Shown: one piece after another, positions 29,391-39,700 of the stretch | Numbering within the stretch: position 1 is the first letter of the stretch | Layout of the letters: every line of letters begins with the position of its first letter | DNA from: an uncultured delta proteobacterium | GTDB taxonomy: Bacteria; Desulfobacterota; Desulfobacteria; Desulfobacterales; B30-G6 | Direction of reading: 5' to 3' | Assembly: GCA_963823335.1 (NCBI GenBank) | Contig: CAWGLD010000001.1 | Coordinates: 1,120,001 to 1,184,000 of the forward strand | Length of the DNA: 64,000 nt | Position numbers and translations under genes: made by a program | Notes under the pieces: generated by a model | The model's input: only the letters and a program-made list of their open reading frames with translations | Databases searched by the model: none | Told to the model about the DNA's origin: nothing

Positions 29391-29511
29391 TTTTTTCAAG
29401 ACGTTTCTGGGTCCTTCTGGCAATTTCATCCTGGACGATGGGGACAAAAAAATTGCAATTTTTAGGGAGCATACTCGAGATGGCGGCCTGCTTCAATCAG
29501 GGAAAAGTCTA

Positions 29512-30348
29512 CAACCCATCTCAAAAAAAACGAAACAGTATTAAAGCACAACCAAGTTGAAGCATACCAAGGAAATTCTCTACATGGTATTCGTATCGAA
29601 CAACAAGACGCCTGAAGTTTTGGAGCCAGGCAAAAAGCCGTTCGACTTTCCAGCGACGAGTATAGCGTCTAAGTTTACGGCCATCTTGGGTGCGCGGTTT
29701 CTTCCTTCCTTTGCGATGTGGCGAGATCATTTCAATGCCACGTTCCTCGCTAAGCTGCTGATCAAGTTTGTCGCTATCGTAGGCCTTATCCCCAATTATT
29801 TTATCAGGGGCATATTTGGTAAAACCACTGTCAATAGTGGCTTCAACCAATTTCACCTCATGGGGCGAAGCGCTTTCAACGTGAGCGGCGATAGGAAGAC
29901 CAGAAGCGTCTGCGATGGCCATGATCTTGGTGCCTTTGCCGCGTTTCGTCTTGCCGACAGCAAGACCCCTTTTTTTGCCGGCGCGAAGCTGCCGTCTATG
30001 AACGCCTCACGAATGTCAATTTTACCGCGTTCATATAGGTCTTCTGCCAGCTCTTGGACAATCCGTTGGAAAATTCCCTGTCGCACCCATTGCTGGAACC
30101 GCCTATGGCATGTCTGGTATGGCGGATACCGTGGGGGCAGATCTTTCCAAGGTGCTCCGGTTCGAAGAATCCACATTATTCCATTCAATACTTCCCGTGG
30201 ATCCCTTGGCCGGCGGCCTCTCGGGTCTTTTATTGGTGTTAAGGATGAAATCACTGGCTCTATCCGGTTCCATTGTTCGATTGTGAGTTCCATCCTAATT
30301 CTATTACATATTCAGTTCCTTATGTCTAGATTTTTTTGAGATAGGTTG
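29512..30348 (-). mobile_element. IS5-family insertion sequence (IS427-like), apparently intact
   Basis: TIRs CAACC(C/T)ATCTCAAAAAAA; flanking TA duplication restoring a CTAG target; two-ORF transposase. Confidence 0.92.
29521..30293 (-). CDS. IS5 transposase, orfA/orfB joined by programmed -1 frameshift
   Basis: orf[24 protein letters not shown]7G4 slippery run at 29966-29976; orf[36 protein letters not shown]. Confidence 0.92.
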
Positions 30349-30390
30349 TAGTAATTAATACAAATAGTTTAACAATAACTTTCTGTTTCT

Positions 30391-30579
30391 TTAGTCAAAA
30401 CGGGAATTCTTTTTCCTTTTAATTGATAAAATCATTAGACATGCTCCCAATGCTAATCCGATAGAACCCCAGTTGGGGCTGATAATAACACTGCCAACTG
30501 AAATAAAATTATCAGAGCTCATCCAATAACCAGAGGCTAACATTACTATTAAAGCTATAATAGTTAAAAAGTTATTCAT
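30391..30579 (-). CDS. Small two-TM membrane protein, candidate immunity protein
   Basis: 62 aa, two hydrophobic helices and a basic tail; 22 bp downstream of the Rhs C-terminal domain; AT-rich; AAGGA RBS. Confidence 0.55.
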   Translation of the reverse strand: MNNFLTIIALIVMLASGYWMSSDNFISVGSVIISPNWGSIGLALGACLMILSIKRKKNSRFD

Positions 30580-30601
30580 AAGAATTTCCTTTTGTGAAAT
30601 G

Positions 30602-33600
30602 TTACATTTTTGGGAGATTGTTTGTTTCAATATATAAATTTATGGACTCTTCAATGATTTTATCGACGATAGGATCAATAGCAGGATGTGCTTGAACAGC
30701 GGATTGAACTCCTTGTGATATAGCGTCATTACAAGGTGTATCACTGTAAAGAGAACTTTTTAACGCCCTTGCAAAAACACCAATGAACGTAAATGTTGCA
30801 GTAGCTGGAATGTTTCCAGAAAGACCAGATGCAGTACCAAAGACAGTTGCACTATCTATTGTAACATTTAATGTTTTTTCTGAAGGCTTCATATTGTTTC
30901 CAATAAACTTTCCAGCCTCACTGATCGCATGAGCGCCCCCTTTTGTCCCCATTACAAATGCCTTCCCAACTCCAGGAAGGATGTCAGACATCTCTAACCC
31001 ATATGGATCAATAAAATTAGCCGGATTATTTTGTACATACCCATAAAGATCTATATCGCCACCTTCAAATAAAATAGGATCCTTGGCTGTCCATCTTCCG
31101 ATATCGGGGTCGTAATCCCGGTAACCGAATCGGACAAGACGGTGTCTTTGTCGTAAATACTGCCGCCAAACCCAAAGGGGACGTCAAAGAGCGGATTGGT
31201 ATCGAGAATGACATTGCCGAAAGTGTCATACGTTATTTTCTTTATCACGTTTCCTGCTTCATCTGCAACCAGCCTCAAGGAGCCAATAGGATCATATGAC
31301 AGGTAGTAGGTCATATCACCCTGTCTCATTGCCAAGGGCATTCTTCCATCGGCATACTCAAACCGCATGAGAAGATTATCACTGCCATCATATATTGCCA
31401 ACAGTCTTGTCATGCCCAGCCAGAGGTATTTCTCAGTAATAGCGCCATTGATCTTTTTGGCAATTCGTTTGCCTGAGGGGTCATAGATGTATTCGATCTG
31501 CCTGTTGTCAGGCAGTATTACGCTCAAAAGCTCACCATGAGCGGAATAATCATATTGAGTTACATTTGCACCGGCGGTTTTACTGGTTAAAAAGCCATCC
31601 AGGTCGTATTCATAGGAAACAGTACCGACAGTCAGGAGGTGGTCTTCATCTGAATAGGCAAAGCTTCTACCGGGGATATCCCTCAAGCTGTTCATCTCAT
31701 AGGTTCGGGTGCCATTGGAATTATACTGATATTCTTCCACCGGTGTACCGTCTCTGGTTACGATCTGAAGCCTTCCCATGGCATCATAGGTATAAACAAA
31801 ATCAGATGACACACCGGCAATCGTTTCGGTCTTTTGGGTGATCCTGCCGTTATTGTCTCGGGTGAGGTTCCATGAACCGAGGTCCAGCATATTAATCATT
31901 GAGCTTTCTGCCTCGATTTCACCATATCCATTGAAAGTTCGATTGAGATTCAGAGAGGCGCTAATCACCGATTCAGGCAGCCCGTTGTCGATATTCCGGG
32001 TGATGCTAAAAATTCCAGAGCCCGTCATTAATCCATCCTTGTCATATGAGTAGCCTGTTGTTTCTCCGGCATAGGTAAAGGCTTTTAGATTGAAATCATC
32101 GTTATAGGTGTAAACAAGGGCCTGGTTCAGCGTGCCGCTCAAGATTTCCGATGTTAAGAGCCTGCCGTCATATTCAAAGCTGATGCTGTCGGTTCCACTG
32201 GTCATGGATTCCAGCTTGTCTCCGCAAAGATAGGTGTAATTGATATTTCCTTCGGGCGCTTGAACCTGCATGAGTCTGGTTTTATCATAGATATTGATAA
32301 TCTGGTTTCCTGAAGGAAAATTGATTTGGGTCAACTGTCTGTCTCTGTCAAATTCGAAGCTGTAGCTGCCGCTTATGGGTGTCTGGTAAGTGTTATTCAG
32401 ATTGACTTTGTTGTATCCGAATCCATGCTCTATGGTGTTTGGATTTGTAAGCACTGTCATATTGCCGTTGCTGTCGTATGAAAACCAGACCGATGAACTG
32501 TCCGGCCTGTCGATACGCATGACACGCCCGATTTCATCGTAAGCATAGACTGTGGTATGGTTTTCCGCATCTGTAATCGATTCAAGAAAGCCCTCAGCAG
32601 AATAACCATAAGTGGCTTCCCTGATTCCTGTCATGGTTGAGATCATCCGTCCCCTGTCATCATAGCCATACGTTATTTCGTAGAGACCGGGGATTGATAT
32701 GCTGTCTGTCTGCAACGTATCAGGGTTATAAAGCATCGTGGTTGTTCTTCCTTCCGGGGATGTAACTGTTTTTTGAGATTCCAAACTGTCTTCGACGATC
32801 GTTGTTTTTCCGTTTATAGTGATCATCTCTGAAATTGAATCAACACCCCCGGTGCTATAATCCGGCACATATATTTTATCTCTGGCAATGGTTCTTTCCA
32901 GGCCGGATGGGGTTGTCTCTGTTGTTTTCTTGACGAACGTATACCGGTAATCGGGATCGATATCATTCTGGAAAGAAAGTGCCATGCCACATGACAGCGA
33001 TTTGGCCACACGCAGGCCGTCGTCCGAACGACTGTACACGGTTTCCTCGCCGGAAGGCCCGGTAATGGTGGACGTAAAAGCACCGGTTGATTCAATAACA
33101 TCTCGATATGATGTGTTATTGCCTTCAGCAGAGGTGACCTGGACAAGACTGTCGCCGTTGGCGTCTCGATCCTTGCTGTAAGTCCAGGCACCCTCTTCTT
33201 CGTCGGTTACCAGGATGAGTCGCCCGTTTATGTCGAACTGATGCTCAAACCGGTTTCCCTCGGGCTCGAATTTATTTGTCATCAACCCTTCAAGGTCGTA
33301 TTCAAAATCATAATTGGTTCCGTCCGTATAGGTGATTCGATTCAGGTGATTGTTTTCGTCTATGCTTAAGATTGTTGTAAGGCCATCCTGAGAAGTAATG
33401 GATGTGGGAACACCATTTTCGTCTCTTGAAATAGATATTTCATTGCCAAACCGGTCAACCATGGCAATCAGAAGGCTGCTTTCATCATATTCAAAAGAAC
33501 GGTGAGAAATGCCTGTATGCAAGTCAAAGGTCTTTGTGTGCAAACCTGACGCTGAGATGACATGGCCCAGAAGGTTTTCTTCAGAAAAAACATTTTCACC

Positions 33601-36600
33601 GGCCATAATTGTATCTGTGAATGAAGAAGGAAAGGAGACTTTTTTAACCAGATGACTGGTATTGTCGGCAATGAAAATATTTCCATCATCGTCGACCGCG
33701 ATACCCAGTGGATGTCTGAATTTAGCCAGGGTTGCAGGGCCCGTTTTCACATCATAAGCATATACCCCTGAACCGGCAATGGTCGTGATGATTCCACTGG
33801 TATTGACCATCCGGATACGTGAATTGCTATCATCTGCTATATATATATTTCCCACATTGTCCACAGCTACATCTCGGGGATAAAAAAGCTGAGCTTCGAC
33901 AGCCGGACCACCGTCACCACTGAATCCCCGACTGCTTGTTCCGGCAAAGGTGGTGATAATGCCGCCAGTGTCAATTCGCCTGATAACATGGGGTCCATAT
34001 GCACTGACATCGGTAATGTATATATTGCCGGCTTGATCAACGGCAACACCTTCAGGCTGGTAAATCTGTGCATTGACGGCCATTCCACCGTCACCGCTAT
34101 GACCTGCTCCATTGCCACCGACAATTGTTGTAATAATACCATTTGTATCGATTTTTCGGACACAATTATTGTAGCTATCTGCAATGTAAAGGTTCCCGAC
34201 ATCATCAACAGCTACGCCTTTTGGGGAATAAAGCCGTGCCTGTGTTGCCGGTCCGTTATCGCCACCGTAGCCGGATGACCCGGGTATACCTGCAATGGTA
34301 TTGATGATACCATTGGCATCGATTTTTCGAATACAGGAATTCCCAATATCTGAAAAATAGATATTCCCGTTACTATCGACCGCAATTCCCCCACAGCCTT
34401 CAATTCTTGCTTCGACTGCCGGACCTCCATCACCGCTAAAACCCCATCCCTGATACAGTCCAGTAAGGTTATTGAGGATACCGTTTGTATCTATTTTATA
34501 AATCACACCGTAGAAATCTAGTGCTACATAAACATTCCCTTCAGTGTCCACCGCCACCTTATTTGGAAAGCCTAATGGATAAAGGTTACCGGTGCCGGCA
34601 AATCTTTCAATCATACGAACATTGCTGGACACTGTCGTACCATCTCCTTTATGTAACGTGGAAAGATCCTGCGAATTCATATGATGGTGATTTGAAATGG
34701 TCCATCCCTCGGCGAAATCTTTTGTGCCCTTACTTCGGGACGGGTGAATCATGAGGCTGTTGTTTTTGGTTAATATAATTTCCTGGCGAGCGGGGATTTC
34801 TGTGGTTTCGACCCCTGGCTGGCTGAATGCCTGGTCAAAATCACCCGCAGCATAGTATATTGAGTCATAGACAAACCCAACAGTCACATGTGCTGGAATT
34901 GGTGTTTGAAGGAGCCTTCCCAGATAGTCCAAACCATCCCAAAAGAACTCCGCTACTTGATCAGGATCCGGCGGCAGTTCCTGTTTCTGAACCGTACCGG
35001 CGATGTTAACAGCGACTTCGATTCTTTTCAGGCTATCCGGGACCGTTTCACCGCTTGCAGGAACCGTAATTATGGTGTTATAGCCTTCAGCCCTGTTGCT
35101 GGTGTAATGCAGGGTAATATCTGTTCCAGGGATGGGTATGTCCTCGTGGACAATACGCCCGCGCTCATCTACGAGGGAAGCCGTATAGTTACCATAGCAA
35201 TTTTCATTACCGGCCGGATTCTGATCGGATTCCGGACCGAAAGTTGAATTCGGTCCTATTGCCGTTGGGGGCGTTCCGGATGGAAGGTTCCAATCGCCAG
35301 GTGTAAAATGTGTTGTTTCTACACGCCAATACGTTGTTTCCGGTATATATTGATGCGAATCCTCAAGCCCTGTGACCTCATCTATGAATGACCCATTGTC
35401 ATTGAGATCATCCGGCTGATCATCACCATCCGCATCCAAAGCATCTACAATGGTATCTGCATTGGTATCCAGGAGCCTGACAACAACCCCATTATCTGAT
35501 GGTTCCCATAAGCCCCGAGCCCTGTTATAAAACCCAGCCGGAATAACCTCGCCGACATCAAATCCTAAGAAGTTATCCACCCAAATAATAATGGGATCTG
35601 AAAAACTCACGTTTTTCACACCATCCACGGAAAGTTCTACACAATATGTATAGGCGGAGTTAGGCGGCAGTTCTGCAGGCATTGATTCAGGCGTGGTATA
35701 CTCGGTGGAGCGCGTAGTGATGGTGGTAAGTTCTCCTAATATATTTCCATTCGGGTCAACTTCATAGGCTTTGTTGCTGCCTGTGAATACCGTAGAGCAG
35801 GATCTGCTTCCAAAAGCATCGGTCACCTGGGTGCTTTTATGCGTAATGACCGTGGACGGGTTATCATCAAACGTAAACGTTGTAGAAGCCGGGTCAGGTT
35901 CGATCAGTGCAATGGTTTCACTAACAACAATATCGTTATGACCTGTACGCACCTTTCTTTGACTCGAAAGATAGTCCTCTTTTTGATAGACAATTGTCAG
36001 TGTATCTCCGCCTTCGGCAGGAATGGAAAAACGCCCGGATTGATCTGTTGCAGCCGTGCCATACTCGGGATGATCGAGAATCTTCGTTGTTACGCCTGCT
36101 AAGGGGGTACCGGCAATGTCGGTTACAATCCCGGTTAGAACGATCATTCTTTCTACACTATACGATGGCAAGCTGGCATCTTCCGGGATAAGGTCCTCAT
36201 ACTGTTTTCCGAATGAACCCTCGGGTTGGGGTTCGGGGAGATGCCCACGTACTTTGACGACTGTCGTAAGAAAGAGCGACCCATCAGCATTTGTTGCCGA
36301 CAGAGAATAAGTGGTGGTGTATGCCGGTGTGACAACACGGCTTCCGCTGGGCAATTCTTCACTTACAACTGCACCGTCTTTAATGAAGACAGTATCATAT
36401 CCGTCTGCGGACCAACTCAGGGTTGTAGAATCACCATAGTCCAATTCAGTATCGGATACCACCAGGCCGACCAGGGGTGTTATAACCACTGTAATGGCTT
36501 TTTGTTCAGAAACAATCCCGCCGGGGCCTGTGGCGGTAAGAGTATAGGTGGTCGTTTCGGTGGGTGAAACCGTCATCGAGCCACTATCGACCACCATTCC

Positions 36601-37107
36601 GACACCTTGGTCTATTTCGACGGTATCCGCATTCGTTGTTTCCCATGCAAGTACAGACGATTCTCCCTGAAGAATTGAATCGGGATATATGGTAAAATCA
36701 ATCACAGGTGGTGGAATCGGACCGTCTGCATTTTCAATCTTGACATTAATTGAGGCTCCGGGGGTACCCCCAAGAAATGCGGTTAAGTGATTAGAAGCAT
36801 TTAAGGTAATTTCTCTGGACAAATCAATTTCATTTCCAGAAAAGAACTGAATCAGGGGAATGAAGGTGCCATTAAGAAATAGAAAACCAGCGCTGATTAC
36901 CTGACCAGGTGTATTTTTTGTAATGGTTAAAACGCCATCGCCTGGCGTTTGGATTGAAAACGAATACCGGGAGAGATGTAAGTGAAAACTACCTACCTCC
37001 AAATCCTTTGGTCCAAACACGGTCGGTTCATTCGCGTAGGTTATGGATGAAATGATAGAAAACAACATGAAGATGATAATCGGAAAAACAATGGATTTAT
37101 TGTTCAT
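30602..37107 (-). pseudogene. Teneurin-like NHL/YD-repeat (Rhs) protein with C-terminal cargo domain; single frameshift at ~31140
   Basis: Signal peptide, Ig-like repeats, carboxypeptidase-regulatory-like domain, IPIPGTDITLHYTSNRAEG, six NHL repeats, YD repeats; restoring one G gives [43 protein letters not shown], continuing into ORF 30602-30991. Confidence 0.9.
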
Positions 37108-37300
37108 GACAGCCCTCCTCAACACTTCATTGAGTGTCTCACCCTAAAGGCGATACGGTTTTATTTTTAGTAAAATCGTTTTATGCTTCTATAGGGTGTA
37201 TGATGCCAAAGGACTATCTAAAATCAATCCTGGTAAAATGCCCTGTTAATGCGGTATAAAATTACGTAGAAGCTGTTGATGTGATTTTGAGGAGCCTGAT

Positions 37301-37350
37301 TGAACCGCAACAACGAGCGCTAACCCCGTGACTTGCTGCGAGGTTCTTCA
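37301..37350 (+). repeat. Dispersed palindromic repeat family, copy 2 (short)
   Basis: TGAACCGCAACAACGAGCGCTAACCCCGTGACTTGCTGCGAGGTTCTTCA. Confidence 0.65.
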
Positions 37351-37395
37351 ATTTTACTTCTGTTTGCTAAACTTGATGTGAATTTAGGGTCACCG

Positions 37396-38223
37396 CTAAT
37401 CTGTTTTCTGTCGCAGGACAGCATGCAGGGTAACCGACGAAAGGACAACCATCCCTCCCAGCAGTGCCAAGGGTCCCGGGGTTTCTCCAACCGCCAAAAA
37501 CACCCAGATTGGATTAAAAACAGGTTCGATGGTCTGGGTGATGATGACCTCGATGGCTTTCAGGCGCTTGATAACAATCGTGTATAGAACAAAGGACAGA
37601 CCAGCCCCGATAGTCCCCATCGGTATGATCCAGAACCATCCCGATTCCGGTGGCCCGGAAGCGATGATAAAGGGCAGGCCCAAAAGCGTGCAGATGACAT
37701 GGCCCAGAATTGGAATCTTGAGCGGTGAGTCATCTTTCTGCCTGCGCGAAAAAAGAACAAAAACAGCCCAGCATATGGCGCTGACAATGGCGCATATATT
37801 TCCCCAGAAACCGTCAACGGTGAGGGTGTCGCCAAAAAAGAGCAGCATTCCAGAAAGAATAACGCCGGTGATGACCCAGTCCAGGGTTCTGACGTGTTCT
37901 CCGAGAATCCATCCGGACAGCAGGGCTACATATACGGGGGCTGTCAGTTGCAGAAAGATTGCATTGGCTGCTGTTGTCAGCTTGGTGGCGATGACAAAGG
38001 TGATCAGTGCCCCTGCAAACCCAAAAGCGCCTATCAGGGTGTCGAATGATACCAATTGACGTGGCTTTCCCAGGAAAGGCAGCAATACTGCGGCAGCAAA
38101 AAGGCTGCGCAACCCGGAAATTGACATGGGTGACCATGAAACGAGTTTGATCAACAGTCCATTGGTGCTCCATAGCAACGTGACCAGGACCATGAGAAGA
38201 ATAGCATTTCGTTTTGACATCAA
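37396..38223 (-). CDS. DMT/EamA family transporter
   Basis: 10 TM helices, LWST, TTAANAIFLQLTAP, IEPVFNPIW..GETP. Confidence 0.9.
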   Translation of the reverse strand: MMSKRNAILLMVLVTLLWSTNGLLIKLVSWSPMSISGLRSLFAAAVLLPFLGKPRQLVSFDTLIGAFGFAGALITFVIATKLTTAANAIFLQLTAPVYVALLSGWILGEHVRTLDWVITGVILSGMLLFFGDTLTVDGFWGNICAIVSAICWAVFVLFSRRQKDDSPLKIPILGHVICTLLGLPFIIASGPPESGWFWIIPMGTIGAGLSFVLYTIVIKRLKAIEVIITQTIEPVFNPIWVFLAVGETPGPLALLGGMVVLSSVTLHAVLRQKTD

Positions 38224-38290
38224 TGTGTTTCCGGTATTTCAGGACCGGGATGCGACCGATCCGTGATTCTGGCCATTTATAAAAATTCGA

Positions 38291-38794
38291 TTATTGGTTC
38301 TCGCATATTCTGGCGAGGTCATTCCATTCGATTTTCCGACTCGGCACCTCATATCCGAAGATATCTTTCATCGCTTGTTCTTTCTGTGTGCCTCCCAGTT
38401 TCTCGTAAAACCGTATGGCTTTTTCATTGCTTTCAAATACCCAGAGATAAGCAGTTTTGTGCTCTCTTTTGATGAGTTCTTTCGCGACCGCCTTCATTAA
38501 GGCGGAACCAATTTTTTTAGACCTGTGAGAGGGTTTCACATGCAAATTGTCTATGAATGGAATTGGTCTACACCAAACCGCCGCAAACCCGACCAGCAAA
38601 TCTTCCTCCGCAACCAAGACAATGTCTTGCTCTTGTATTTCGATGTCGCTCCAATGCCGTGATATCTCCTGGTCGATTTGCCCGGTCATGAATTCTGCAG
38701 GCAGGACATCCGAGTAAACGTCTTTCCAACTCTCGACATTAATAGCTGCAATGTCCTGAAGATCAGATTGTGTTGCTCGTCGTATTTTCATCAT
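38291..38794 (-). CDS. GNAT family N-acetyltransferase
   Basis: IRRAT, LHVKPSHRSKKIGSAL, LWVFESNEKAIRFYEKLG. Confidence 0.92.
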   Translation of the reverse strand: MMKIRRATQSDLQDIAAINVESWKDVYSDVLPAEFMTGQIDQEISRHWSDIEIQEQDIVLVAEEDLLVGFAAVWCRPIPFIDNLHVKPSHRSKKIGSALMKAVAKELIKREHKTAYLWVFESNEKAIRFYEKLGGTQKEQAMKDIFGYEVPSRKIEWNDLARICENQ

Positions 38795-39683
38795 ATTCGA
38801 TTTTAAACGTGTAACGTGGGTCATCGTGTGCCTTCCAATATCCTTCCTGCAATTTTATTGTAACCGGGCCGGGTGTTCCAGGGCCGAGCTTGTGCCCGTC
38901 GATTTTCGTAATCGGTATTACACCTCCAGCGGTACTGGTGACAAACAGTTCATCGGCCATACGGGTCTGGTCAGCAGAAAGATGGTGCTGCATGACCTCG
39001 TAGCCATACCCGGTTGCAAGCTCAATCACAGTTTTGCGTGTGATGCCTTCAAGTATGCCATGCGCCGGGGTCGTGATCGTGTTGCTTTTTACAGCGAATA
39101 TATTAAAGCCGGGACCCTCCACAAGGTTTCCTTGTGCATCAACGACAACGGCAGTTTCGGCGCCTCGATCATAGGCTTCGAAGAGGCTCATAACCATGTC
39201 GAGCCAGTGATAGTTCTTCACGGTAGGGTCAACCGATTCAGGAGCTATTCGCTGCAAGCGGCTGATGCTCAGGTGCAATCCTTCTTTCTGTTTCTCTGGA
39301 TTTGCGATCCATACGAACGGAATTGCAAAGGCAAAAAACCGATTTGTACACTCCCGTGGATCGCGGGATCCTGACCTTGGTATCCCTCGTGTACAGATCA
39401 TTTCGACATAGGCATTGCGCAGCCCACTCGCTTTTACGCACTCAATCAGAATGGAGCGCAAATCGTCACGGTTGTGAGGAATAGACATATGCAGTTTGTC
39501 AATTCCCGAAAAGAAGCGATCCATGTGATCATCGAGTCGGAAAAACCTTCCCTTCCATACATGTACGACATCGTAAGTTGCATCCGAATGGAGGAAACCC
39601 CAGTCAAGGATCGATATTTTCGCCTCTGCAATGGGCACAAATTCTTCATCGACATAGGCAGCACCATTTGAAAAATCAAGCAT
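38763..39683 (-). CDS. PLP fold-type IV aminotransferase, (R)-amine transaminase-like
   Basis: DWGFLHSDATYDVVH, YVE, KNYHWLD, EGPGFN, LEGITR, TSTAGG; start after AAGGAG. Confidence 0.9.
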   Translation of the reverse strand: MLDFSNGAAYVDEEFVPIAEAKISILDWGFLHSDATYDVVHVWKGRFFRLDDHMDRFFSGIDKLHMSIPHNRDDLRSILIECVKASGLRNAYVEMICTRGIPRSGSRDPRECTNRFFAFAIPFVWIANPEKQKEGLHLSISRLQRIAPESVDPTVKNYHWLDMVMSLFEAYDRGAETAVVVDAQGNLVEGPGFNIFAVKSNTITTPAHGILEGITRKTVIELATGYGYEVMQHHLSADQTRMADELFVTSTAGGVIPITKIDGHKLGPGTPGPVTIKLQEGYWKAHDDPRYTFKIEYDENTTSNTI

Positions 39684-39700
39684 ATGTGTTCTCCTTTGTT

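Noticed and set aside
29557-30339. 260-aa + strand ORF inside the IS
   Set aside because: Antisense to the transposase; such overlapping ORFs are common in IS5 elements and there is no evidence of function here.
33640-34600. Periodic DNA similarity suggesting a CRISPR-like array
   Set aside because: These are coding NHL repeats, degenerate at codon level; no constant repeat-spacer pattern or cas genes were seen in the window.
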